Source: a virus (taxonomy: Duplodnaviria > Caudoviricetes). From it: a stretch of 50,451 nucleotides of DNA. Location of the stretch: positions 1 through 50,451 of the IMG/VR virus record IMGVR_UViG_3300031519_005637. One strand, 5' to 3'. The translations under genes were made by a program, and so were the position numbers. The notes under the pieces were generated by a model that saw nothing but the letters and a program-made list of their open reading frames with translations, was not told the DNA's origin and did not search any database. Of this stretch, positions 1 to 8,316 are shown piece by piece (position 1 is the first letter of the stretch; the number at the start of each line of letters is the position of its first letter).

Positions 1-42
1 ATACAAGCATTACAACAACGTCTAGACGATTTAGAAGGTTAA
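1..42 (+). CDS. 3' end of an upstream gene (partial), coiled-coil C-terminus as in tail-fibre chaperone domains
   Basis: Frame 1 reads IQALQQRLDDLEG-stop, followed by a hairpin; product is a guess from 13 residues. Confidence 0.4.
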   Translation: MQALQQRLDDLEG

Positions 43-50
43 AAGATTAA

Positions 51-76
51 CCCCTAGCTAAATTAATAACTAGGGG
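51..76. terminator. Hairpin between convergent genes, probable terminator
   Basis: CCCCTAG (51-57) pairs with CTAGGGG (70-76). Confidence 0.5.
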
Positions 77-133
77 CTGCTTTACTCTTTATTTGTTATA
101 TAGGACTACGTCCCTTTATTCTTTATAATTTAT

Positions 134-454
134 TTACTTTGGCTTGTTACCGTTAACAAATTCAATAAACTTGTTTGCTGCATCTAGTACAGCGTCGGCT
201 CCAGGTACTGATGGCACTGCAACAGTTGTTACAACTTCATCACCGTCTTTGGTAATAGCTAATTCATAACCATTAACCTTAGCGTTGTAGTCTTGCCAAA
301 CTTGGCCTTGCGCTAGTTCTAATACTTTGGTACGAATCTCGTATCCGTTTGCATTAGTCGATACCTTAGGTACCATACCTTTGATTAAATCTGCCATTGC
401 TTGGGTCTGTTTTAAAATTTCAGCACCGTGTTCTGATTCTACTTTTTGGCTCAT
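134..454 (-). CDS. Hypothetical phage protein
   Basis: 106 aa ORF with GGAGA SD, and sigma70 and TAAATA motifs upstream. Confidence 0.8.
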   Translation of the reverse strand: MSQKVESEHGAEILKQTQAMADLIKGMVPKVSTNANGYEIRTKVLELAQGQVWQDYNAKVNGYELAITKDGDEVVTTVAVPSVPGADAVLDAANKFIEFVNGNKPK

Positions 455-496
455 ATCATTCTCCGTTGTTGTGTGTATGTGTGTAGTTGTGCTATT

Positions 497-525
497 ATTA
501 TAGCAAGGTATTTAGTAGTTGTCAA
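497..525 (-). promoter_or_regulatory. Sigma70-like promoter with embedded TAAATA box
   Basis: Minus strand TTGACA-N17-TATAAT; CTAAATAC lies within the spacer. Confidence 0.7.
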
Positions 526-529
526 CCGC

Positions 530-655
530 TTAGATTATACTAAGCGAGTGCCAAATTACTGCCATACAAAAAAATGCTAAAATGCCGAATCCTACGTTTT
601 CACATAGTTCGCCATCGCATTTTGATATAATTAGGTCTTCTAGTAATTTTTTCAT
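530..655 (-). CDS. Small membrane peptide (41 aa, not in ORF track)
   Basis: MKKLLEDLIISKCDGELCENVGFGILAFFCMAVIWHSLSII; GGAGA SD; one hydrophobic helix. Confidence 0.6.
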   Translation of the reverse strand: MKKLLEDLIISKCDGELCENVGFGILAFFCMAVIWHSLSII

Positions 656-706
656 AAGTCTCCAGGTGTGTGTGTTATTCAAACTCATATTCTTCTGATG
701 TCCACA

Positions 707-859
707 TTAATTATACAATGAATGTTTGTGATCAGTTATTTTTTTTGCTTCTTTGTAATGTCCTAAGGTGCGTAACTGTTGAATTGCCATACAGTATGCT
801 CTATACTCTTGTGCTTTGATAAAACGTTTCCATCCAGCAACTAAAAAGTTATCATCCAT
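707..859 (-). CDS. Small protein (50 aa, not in ORF track), distant paralogue of 1083..1280
   Basis: MDDNFLVAGWKRFIKAQEYRAYCMAIQQLRTLGHYKEAKKITDHKHSLYN; TAATG coupling to the upstream gene. Confidence 0.65.
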   Translation of the reverse strand: MDDNFLVAGWKRFIKAQEYRAYCMAIQQLRTLGHYKEAKKITDHKHSLYN

Positions 860-1083
860 TAGAAGCTACCTCTGTGTATCTTGCCACCACGACAGATGTG
901 ATTGATGTCACCGCGTGTGATACCAATGTCACGCAATTCGTAATCGCTTAACTTGCTTAGTTGCTTGTAACCATTGCTATCCCAATTAGGATCAAATCTG
1001 CTTTCAGTTACAAATCCTTTGAAGAAGTTCTTAATTGCATCGCAGAAGGAACAGTAAAAACGTGTAAGTGTTTGAGTACTCAT
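859..1083 (-). CDS. DUF1127 family small protein
   Basis: Signature LSKLSDYELRDIGITRGDI. Confidence 0.85.
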   Translation of the reverse strand: MSTQTLTRFYCSFCDAIKNFFKGFVTESRFDPNWDSNGYKQLSKLSDYELRDIGITRGDINHICRGGKIHRGSF

Positions 1084-1280
1084 TATCTCTTTACCTCCAT
1101 CATAAGTGCTTTGGCTTCTTGGTGCATACCCATACGGGCTAGTTCACTTGCAGCTCTTGCTCTACCAGCTGATTCGCCAAGTGCGATCATACCGCAAAAT
1201 GCTGTGATTGCCATTGTTTTAACTGCTTGGCAAATTGTGCAGTAGTACGTACTAATTGTTGCTGTGGTCATTATACCCAT
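1083..1280 (-). CDS. Small hypothetical protein
   Basis: 65 aa, translationally coupled within the operon; YCxxC motif. Confidence 0.7.
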   Translation of the reverse strand: MGIMTTATISTYYCTICQAVKTMAITAFCGMIALGESAGRARAASELARMGMHQEAKALMMEVKR

Positions 1281-1492
1281 CCTCTAAGGTTTGTATTTGG
1301 TTTAAATTTTGTGCCGTCGTTCCAGGGATGTAAGTCCCTAAGTGTCGGTGCGGCTCCGTTGTTGTCGAGCATATGTTGATAAGCAAACTGCCAATCTTTA
1401 TTATACTCTGTTTTTGCCCATACGAGGTAATCGTTCTTAGAGGATGTATTAGATCCAAACAATTGTCGTAGGACTTTAAACACTTTTTTCAT
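1271..1492 (-). CDS. Small hypothetical protein
   Basis: 73 aa, AGGAGA SD, first gene of the minus-strand operon. Confidence 0.75.
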   Translation of the reverse strand: MKKVFKVLRQLFGSNTSSKNDYLVWAKTEYNKDWQFAYQHMLDNNGAAPTLRDLHPWNDGTKFKPNTNLRGWV

Positions 1493-1499
1493 AGTGATC

Positions 1500-1650
1500 T
1501 CCTGTTTCTATGTTGTGGATGCTTGAGGAATAGCAATACCCTGTGTCTTTGCACAGCGTCAAAGCCCTTTGGACTTCGTCAATTGCGTTTTTAGGAGTGC
1601 TTTGTAACTCCCATAGTCTATCCTATGTGTCTGTGTGTTGTTACTCGTTG
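1500..1650 (-). ncRNA. Candidate structured 5' leader or sRNA with three CAAAG-loop hairpins
   Basis: Hairpins at 1594-1611, 1562-1576 and 1541-1556, each with CAAAG in the loop on the minus strand. Confidence 0.55.
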
Positions 1651-1659
1651 TAACATTGT

Positions 1660-1667
1660 TATTTATA
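1660..1667 (-). promoter_or_regulatory. T4-type late promoter box
   Basis: TATAAATA on the minus strand. Confidence 0.6.
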
Positions 1668-1855
1668 TAATAGTACAGCCATACTTACTAAAAATCAAAT
1701 GCTTTTTGCAAATACCCGTTATGCACTAAACGCATATCGTAAAAACCATTTGACTTATTTAGAACATAGACAGTATAATAAATAATGTGTAGGCAACGTC
1801 GAGCCTACCTACAATGTGAGCGACGGGGTAAAGCCGTCAAACAAAGGAGAAACTA

Positions 1856-2815
1856 ATGGACGCACTCACTATATGGAGCCTTGTAGGGTTCCTATTCGCA
1901 GCATACGCTGTGATAGCAAACGATTCGGTACAAACTCTCGGTACTTGGATGGCATCAAACAATGAGAGATTCAACTATAAAGTATTATGGGGAGCGGCAA
2001 GTGCAGTATTACTTGCAACCTTGTGGTATGGTTGGACAGTAAACGGCGGTGACATCAGTTACGGCAGACTAAACAAGATACCCTGGCAAGAAGTACAATG
2101 GTATCACGCAATGGCACCAGGCATACTCGTTATACTCACACGTTATGGCGTGCCTGTATCAACTAGCTTCTTAGTACTAAGTGCTTTCGCAAGTACATTT
2201 GTATTAGAGAAGATGCTTATGAAAAGTATAATGGGCTACGGCATTGCGGCACTGTTCGCATACTTTGCTTGGTATTTTATTAGCAGATGGATGGACGAAA
2301 CAGCACCAGTCAAAGAAGAACACAAAAACTATTGGCGCATAGCACAATGGTTTGCAACTGGCGGCTTGTGGTGGACTTGGTTGTCACACGATATGGCTAA
2401 CATTGCAGTGTTCCTTCCACGTGAAGTACCACTAGACTTAATGTTCTTAGTCAGTATTGTATTCGTAGCCGGACTGTTCTTTATGTTTAGAGAACGAGGT
2501 GGTAAGATACAAGCAATCGTATTAGAAAAACACAACACACGATATGTGCGTAGTGCTACACTAATTGATTTGTTCTATTGGCTATGCTTATACTTCTTCA
2601 AAGAGCTTAACGATATACCTATGTCAACTACTTGGGTGTTCGTTGGTATGCTTGCAGGACGTGAACTTGCCATTGCGAGCTTCACAGGCAAGATGAAGTT
2701 TAAGAGTGTGTTTCCTTTGGTAGCACGAGACTTTCAGAAGATGATGATTGGACTAGGTGCATCGGTAGCAATTGTGTTAGCGATACACTATGTATTAGTA
2801 CCAAACGGATTCTAA
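1856..2815 (+). CDS. PiT/PHO4-like inorganic phosphate/anion permease
   Basis: Multi-TM protein; two repeat motifs ANDSVQTLG and SHDMAN; PVSTS and PMSTT motifs typical of PiT. Confidence 0.7.
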   Translation: MDALTIWSLVGFLFAAYAVIANDSVQTLGTWMASNNERFNYKVLWGAASAVLLATLWYGWTVNGGDISYGRLNKIPWQEVQWYHAMAPGILVILTRYGVPVSTSFLVLSAFASTFVLEKMLMKSIMGYGIAALFAYFAWYFISRWMDETAPVKEEHKNYWRIAQWFATGGLWWTWLSHDMANIAVFLPREVPLDLMFLVSIVFVAGLFFMFRERGGKIQAIVLEKHNTRYVRSATLIDLFYWLCLYFFKELNDIPMSTTWVFVGMLAGRELAIASFTGKMKFKSVFPLVARDFQKMMIGLGASVAIVLAIHYVLVPNGF

Positions 2816-2819
2816 TATT

Positions 2820-2852
2820 GGAAAGGCAGGGTTTCGACGGCTCTGTCTTTCC
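2820..2852 (+). terminator. 12-bp stem-loop after the permease gene
   Basis: GGAAAGGCAGGG-TTTCGACGG-CTCTGTCTTTCC; U-tract is weak. Confidence 0.45.
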
Positions 2853-2854
2853 TC

Positions 2855-2883
2855 TTGACAATATACTAATATTAATGTATAAT
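2855..2883 (+). promoter_or_regulatory. Sigma70-like promoter
   Basis: TTGACA-N17-TATAAT. Confidence 0.8.
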
Positions 2884-2928
2884 TACAAGTATGTTACAAC
2901 TTAACACTAACTTAGAGAAGGATATCGC

Positions 2929-3888
2929 TTGAAAATGAAGATCATAACGGGTAATGCTAACCCGAAATTAGCGCAGGAAATTGCAGACAACACATTTGCA
3001 ACTTTAGTTCCGTCTAAAATAACTACATTCGCTGATGGCGAAACAAGTGTAGAGTTTGACGATAATATCCGAGGTGAAGATGTGTTTATTATTCAAAGCA
3101 CAGCAACTCCTGTTAATGATAGTGTAATGGAACTATTGATTATGATCGACGCTGCCAAGCGTTCAAGTGCTAGTCGTATTACAGCAGTTATTCCTTACTT
3201 TGGTTATGCTAGACAGGATCGTAAGAGCGCCAGTAGGACACCTATTACAGCAAAACTAATTGCAGACTTGCTTACAACAGCAGGAGCAAATAGAGTGCTT
3301 ACAATGGACTTACACGCAGGACAGATACAGGGCTTCTTTAATATCCCAGTTGATGACCTAACTAGTCGTTTGGTGTTTGCTAAAGATATTAAACGCAGTA
3401 TTGGACTATCAGACGATCCTGAAGTACATCAAGCAGGGACTGTATTTGTAAGTCCAGACGCTGGCGGTGTTGTTCGTGCTAGGAAGTTTGCAAATATGTT
3501 CGGTGGCGATATTGCAATAGTAGACAAACGTAGGCCCGAAGCAGGTAAGTCAGAAGTTATGAACTTGATCGGCGATGTTGAAGGTAAACACGCCATTCTA
3601 GTTGATGACATTATTGACAGCGGAGGCACGTTATGTAATGCAGCCAAGTCTATTATGGATGCAGGTGCGTTATCAGTTCGTGCATATATTACACACGGTG
3701 TATTATCAGGCGAAGCGTGTCAAAAGGTTGAGAAGAGTGTACTCACAGAACTTGTGATTACTAATTCAATTTCAGATCGTTGCCCTAAAAACTGCAAAAA
3801 GACACGACAGGTTAGTGTCGCGCCTTTGTTTGGTGAAGCAATTCGTCGTGTAACTAACGAAGAGTCAGTTAGCAGTTTATTTGGTTAA
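2929..3888 (+). CDS. prs: Ribose-phosphate pyrophosphokinase
   Basis: FADGE, PYFGYARQDRK, DLHAGQIQGFF, VSPDAGG and VDDIIDSGGT motifs. Confidence 0.97.
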   Translation: MKMKIITGNANPKLAQEIADNTFATLVPSKITTFADGETSVEFDDNIRGEDVFIIQSTATPVNDSVMELLIMIDAAKRSSASRITAVIPYFGYARQDRKSASRTPITAKLIADLLTTAGANRVLTMDLHAGQIQGFFNIPVDDLTSRLVFAKDIKRSIGLSDDPEVHQAGTVFVSPDAGGVVRARKFANMFGGDIAIVDKRRPEAGKSEVMNLIGDVEGKHAILVDDIIDSGGTLCNAAKSIMDAGALSVRAYITHGVLSGEACQKVEKSVLTELVITNSISDRCPKNCKKTRQVSVAPLFGEAIRRVTNEESVSSLFG

Positions 3889-4647
3889 AGCGTATGCTTC
3901 AAGGTAATTGATGTATTCAACCATTGAGTGATCGGCGAAGCTGTCTATTTTACCTTGCTTTAGTCCCATCCATATGCCGCGCCATTTGTCTTTGAACAGT
4001 TGCCACCCAGTTGGGTTGCGTACTTGTCCATATGCATTAATGTAATGCTGTTCTCCGCAATGTCTAAATCCTAATAAGCGTGGAGGAACAGTTGTAACGA
4101 TGTCGTTATTGTTTCTCCATCTATGGTGAACAGTACCAAAGCTCTTGACATATGTTGGCCAACCTACTCGCGGACTACCATAAGTGTAAAGCTCTTCTGG
4201 ATTGTTTAGTGTTGTATCACACTCACAACGATTGGCCATAATAGTTGCCATTGCTGCTCCCAAACTGTGTCCACATATCCAAAGCTTCTTGCCTACATTA
4301 ACAGTACGAGCAATATCTTCGCACACCATAGGCCATAGTTCATCTACTTCTGCTTTAAATCCTCTGTGTACTCTACTAATTGTTTCTGCTATAACAGGAA
4401 ATGCTTTTAGGTCTGCACTTATATCGTTAAACTCTGTTGGCTGTGTTCCGCGACACGCTATGACCAAGTCTTCTTTGTTCATAAAGCGATATGCTTGTGC
4501 GCCTTCTCTATCATAAAATTCAACAGTGGTAAATCCTAATTTTTTTACTTGCTTTTTTACGTCTTTGATGTTATCATTGTAAGCTATACTACTTAATTTT
4601 GCAAACAATAATGAACGCTCAGGAAAAGACATTTTCGATACTGACAT
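3877..4647 (-). CDS. Class 3 lipase (alpha/beta hydrolase)
   Basis: CRGT, VHRGF, GHSLG nucleophile elbow, TYGSPRVG, NNDIV and DH motifs; start placed after GGAGG. Confidence 0.9.
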   Translation of the reverse strand: MSVSKMSFPERSLLFAKLSSIAYNDNIKDVKKQVKKLGFTTVEFYDREGAQAYRFMNKEDLVIACRGTQPTEFNDISADLKAFPVIAETISRVHRGFKAEVDELWPMVCEDIARTVNVGKKLWICGHSLGAAMATIMANRCECDTTLNNPEELYTYGSPRVGWPTYVKSFGTVHHRWRNNNDIVTTVPPRLLGFRHCGEQHYINAYGQVRNPTGWQLFKDKWRGIWMGLKQGKIDSFADHSMVEYINYLEAYALTK

Positions 4648-4736
4648 ATTACCCTCCAATGTGTTATGTGTTGTGCCTCATTACTATGTATATTTATAGT
4701 TTACCTACGCTAAATACAATAACGGAGCATTAAACA

Positions 4737-4997
4737 ATGAAAAAACGTACTAGAAGTATATTAGAAGAATTAAACAATCTGGGCCGTGACCAGGATAACG
4801 ATCTTCTAATAGAAACTTCCGCAAACAATATTATCGAAAGTGCTATTAATTTACTTAATAGAATTGGTAACACATATGATGAGAACACTGCTGGTGAATT
4901 AGAGAGACGTTTCTTAAATAGTATTAAAAGTGGCGATCCGCGCAAGTTCAAACGTGGAATTAACAAAATAATTGAGAGCAAGAAAAATGACCAATAA
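4737..4997 (+). CDS. Hypothetical late protein
   Basis: 86 aa; TAAATA box at 4711 and GGAG SD. Confidence 0.8.
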   Translation: MKKRTRSILEELNNLGRDQDNDLLIETSANNIIESAINLLNRIGNTYDENTAGELERRFLNSIKSGDPRKFKRGINKIIESKKNDQ

Positions 4998-5895
4998 AAT
5001 CTTTGAAGGCGGCTCGATGCCAGGCGTAGGGCCAATTCATATAGATGAAATTAATCCTACACTAGATACATTAGAAAAACATTTAGGTATAGACTTAAAA
5101 AATAATGTTCTTGGCAGTGTCGGCAAGAAAGAGTTTAGTGGCGACATTGACGTTGCAATACAAGTTGATGCAGATAAAATTCCAGAGCTAGTTAAAAAGA
5201 TCGAAGCGTGTCCTTTAATTATGGATATAGCTAAAAGCTCAGTAATAATGACAAAGGTTAAAATTGTTGGCTACGACGAAAGCAAGCAAACATCTAAACC
5301 GCGTACAGGATTTGTACAAGTAGACTTTATGCCAGGCGATCCGGACTGGATGAAAACATATTACCATTCACCAAGTGATAAAGAATCAAAGTACAAAGGC
5401 GTGTTTCGTAATTTAATGATTGCTACTATTGCTGCCATACGTGACAGCAGAGCATCAGGCGAAACAATTGATGATGGCCGTCCAGCAGAAGTAGAACGTT
5501 GGATATGGAGCCCCACTGAAGGGTTATTAAGAATTAAACGTGTGCCTGCGCCACGCAAGGACGGCAAAGGTTACACTAAAAAGAGCATTGATACTAAAAT
5601 TAGTAAGCCACTTAGAGATCCAGAAGGTATTGCTAAGGCACTAGGATTAGATGGTGCAAAAGATTTAAATAGTTTTGAAAGTTTATTAGCAGCAGTAGAG
5701 AAGAATTTACCTGCAGATGAAGTAGAAAAAATTAAAACTAGTTTTGCTAAAAACGGAACAGTAAAAGATGTCGGAGTTCCTAGCGAACTTGTACAAACAG
5801 AAGGGTTAGCAGACAAGCAACTTAATCGTATTAAGGCACTTAGTGGCAACTTGTTAAATAGTTCTGTAATGGTATCAGGAGCATTTAATAAATGA
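4987..5895 (+). CDS. Pol-beta superfamily nucleotidyltransferase-like protein
   Basis: GS-x6-GDID motif (GSVGKKEFSGDIDV) plus third Asp in VQVDFM. Confidence 0.7.
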   Translation: MTNKIFEGGSMPGVGPIHIDEINPTLDTLEKHLGIDLKNNVLGSVGKKEFSGDIDVAIQVDADKIPELVKKIEACPLIMDIAKSSVIMTKVKIVGYDESKQTSKPRTGFVQVDFMPGDPDWMKTYYHSPSDKESKYKGVFRNLMIATIAAIRDSRASGETIDDGRPAEVERWIWSPTEGLLRIKRVPAPRKDGKGYTKKSIDTKISKPLRDPEGIAKALGLDGAKDLNSFESLLAAVEKNLPADEVEKIKTSFAKNGTVKDVGVPSELVQTEGLADKQLNRIKALSGNLLNSSVMVSGAFNK

Positions 5896-7052
5896 GATTT
5901 TTTGAATTTAAACAAAACAATAAACAACCGTTAACTGAAGGTGCTCGTATTGAACACTTAGAGGATCTTGTATTTAGAGAACTTCCGCCTAGTAAAGGAG
6001 CCAACCGTGCTTTACAAAGTCTTATCAATATGGAAAAAGGCGGTCACACAGATGTCACCGTTAAGTGGGATGGTAGTCCCGCAGTCATCTTTGGGCGCAA
6101 TGATGATGGTGACTTTGTATTCACAGACAAGTCAGGATTTACAGCAAAAGGATATGACGGCAAAGCAAAGTCAGCAGATGATGTAGAAACAATGTTTAAG
6201 AATCGTCCAGGGTATGCAAAGAATCCAGAAGGATACGGCGTACTAATTGACAATATGAAAGGTGCGTACATTGCATTTGAAAAGGCAACACCTAAAGATT
6301 ACAGAGGATTCTTTAAAGGCGATATGCTTTACTTCAACAAGCCAATGGCAGAAGGCGGCGACTATGTGTTTAAACCAAACATCGTTGAATACAGAGTAAA
6401 ACAAGATTCGGACTTAGGTAAGAAAATTGGTGCAAGTACAGCAGGAATTGTTATACATAGAGAAGTAAGTGCAGACGGTACTGAAGGTCCTTTACAAAAT
6501 GGCGACATTTTCCAAGGAGACGAAGTATTAGTTGTACCTCCAGTTACAGTATCTAATGCTCCAAGCATTGACGATACAAGTGTTAAAGAACTTAAAGCTA
6601 TTATTAGCAAAGACGCAGCCGCAATGGATACACTACTTGATCAAAATACCCTTGTACAATTAAAACTTAAAAAGTTATCAGAAGTATTTTATTCATATAT
6701 GAATAGCAAAGTTGATACGGGGTTAGATAATTTAGGCGGTGACTTCTTAGATTGGGTGCAAGCAAGAAATCAACTAAGTGACGCTGCTAAAAAGAAAATT
6801 GCAGAGTATATTGTAAATCACCAACAAGGCTTTAATGCATTATGGGAAGTAGTTGCAAAGATACAGCAAGTTAAAGATGATGTTATTACACAACTTGATA
6901 ACCAACCAGGCGCAGCAGTAAGACAGAGTATGTCAAGTAATGACGATTCGGTTGACGGTGGTGAAGGATATGTTCTAGCACATCCAGATGGTGACATAAA
7001 ACTTGTACCAAGAAAGACTTTCAGTAAATACAACAGAGCAGTTGAACGTTAA
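5892..7052 (+). CDS. Ligase-fold (KxDG) nucleotidyltransferase, DUF6267-like
   Basis: TVKWDGSPA (motif I), FKGD (III), EGYV (IV), IKLV (V). Confidence 0.65.
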   Translation: MRFFEFKQNNKQPLTEGARIEHLEDLVFRELPPSKGANRALQSLINMEKGGHTDVTVKWDGSPAVIFGRNDDGDFVFTDKSGFTAKGYDGKAKSADDVETMFKNRPGYAKNPEGYGVLIDNMKGAYIAFEKATPKDYRGFFKGDMLYFNKPMAEGGDYVFKPNIVEYRVKQDSDLGKKIGASTAGIVIHREVSADGTEGPLQNGDIFQGDEVLVVPPVTVSNAPSIDDTSVKELKAIISKDAAAMDTLLDQNTLVQLKLKKLSEVFYSYMNSKVDTGLDNLGGDFLDWVQARNQLSDAAKKKIAEYIVNHQQGFNALWEVVAKIQQVKDDVITQLDNQPGAAVRQSMSSNDDSVDGGEGYVLAHPDGDIKLVPRKTFSKYNRAVER

Positions 7053-7064
7053 AGGAAAACTATT

Positions 7065-7451
7065 ATGAAAATGAACGATATTGTAAACGAATCACAAGAA
7101 ACTGATAATGCAGCTAGAAAACTTGCAGCAATTGGCCGAGTGCTAATGGATCGTGCTGTTACTACAAAAGATGACGCATTATCAAATACTATGGCTAAGT
7201 TTGGCGATGCACTAACACATTATGGAACAACTTGGGGACCAAGAAATCCACAAGAGCTTATGAAGAAAACAGGCGTAAGTGCAGAAGTACTTAAAAAGTT
7301 ACTTGCATACGGCGAGTCTGAACTAAAGAAAGGCGGCGATGTTGCCAAAGGCGGTGCAGCAGTTGACGACGAACCTGAAGATGATTTTGATAGTCCAAGT
7401 GACGACGATATTGATGCAAAGGCAGTAGCAATGTCCCAAGGTAAGTACTAA
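7065..7451 (+). CDS. Hypothetical late protein with acidic tail
   Basis: 128 aa ORF, AAGGA SD. Confidence 0.8.
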   Translation: MKMNDIVNESQETDNAARKLAAIGRVLMDRAVTTKDDALSNTMAKFGDALTHYGTTWGPRNPQELMKKTGVSAEVLKKLLAYGESELKKGGDVAKGGAAVDDEPEDDFDSPSDDDIDAKAVAMSQGKY

Positions 7452-7454
7452 GTA

Positions 7455-7772
7455 ATGAACTTTATTAAAAATATGTACAACGAAGGTCTAGTCGAAAAAC
7501 ATCTAGAAGAAGATGCCTGGGCTGATATTCGCAAACGTAGAGTAGAAAGATTGCGTGACGAAAGAAACGTTGCGCTGTATGGCTACTTGGTAGGTCCTGA
7601 AAATGCTATGCGAGCCAAACGTTTCATAGAAGAAGCTGAAAAAGGTCACGGCACACCTGCTAGTTTGATCAAAGGTTATTTTCCTATTATTGCTATGATA
7701 GACGACATTGTAGACGCTGGACCAGGCGCAATAGCACAATTGCGTAATTTACACAAGAGACATCAAAAATAG
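7455..7772 (+). CDS. Hypothetical protein
   Basis: 105 aa ORF in operon. Confidence 0.75.
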   Translation: MNFIKNMYNEGLVEKHLEEDAWADIRKRRVERLRDERNVALYGYLVGPENAMRAKRFIEEAEKGHGTPASLIKGYFPIIAMIDDIVDAGPGAIAQLRNLHKRHQK

Positions 7773-7866
7773 CATATAACTGTTATTTTTTTTAAAAAAG
7801 ACTAAATACATATAACAAGTTCACAGAGAGTGAACAAGTTAACCATTAGATAACAGGAGAAATAAA

Positions 7867-8214
7867 ATGGCAGTATTTACAAGAACAAACCCAGCAGCAG
7901 GCGCAGGATCAGGTTATGATCACGGCGAGCAGTACAGCACATCACAAATCACAGCAATCGAAATTGATTGCGGTGCAAATATTAGTGCAAAAGACGGTAT
8001 TGGCGGATGCATCGAAGCAGTCGTACGTGAGTTTTCACCACTTATGTATGTATCAACAGGTACAGCAGGCAAGATTTTTGCAATCATCGATGGACATCAC
8101 AGTGATGCGGCATCTTTGACACGTAGACATCAAGCATTAGGAACAGTAGACGGTATTGATTTATCAGCTCAAGTTGTTCTTATTCGTGACTTGGATGCGT
8201 TTAGCGCAGCATAA
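7867..8214 (+). CDS. Probable abundant virion structural protein
   Basis: Own TAAATA box (7803), strong AGGAGA SD, Ala/Gly-rich, followed by terminator; function inferred. Confidence 0.55.
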   Translation: MAVFTRTNPAAGAGSGYDHGEQYSTSQITAIEIDCGANISAKDGIGGCIEAVVREFSPLMYVSTGTAGKIFAIIDGHHSDAASLTRRHQALGTVDGIDLSAQVVLIRDLDAFSAA

Positions 8215-8267
8215 ATTCTAACTACCTTAGAATCGTGATATAGCGGCCCACGGGCAGGCGTCACACT

Positions 8268-8298
8268 AAAGCGTCACTTTTTAAGTGGCGCTTTTTTT
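8268..8298 (+). terminator. Rho-independent terminator
   Basis: AAAGCGTCACTT-TTT-AAGTGGCGCTTT plus U-tract. Confidence 0.85.
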
Positions 8299-8316
8299 AT
8301 GGCTATAAGTAATAGT

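Noticed and set aside
4987-5895. CD-NTase/CBASS interpretation
   Set aside because: Only the generic pol-beta motif is visible; no recognisable CBASS effector or Cap2/Cap3 adjacent
7785-7800. T9-A6 run (similar runs near 738 and 9012)
   Set aside because: Low-complexity AT tracts with no frame evidence for recoding
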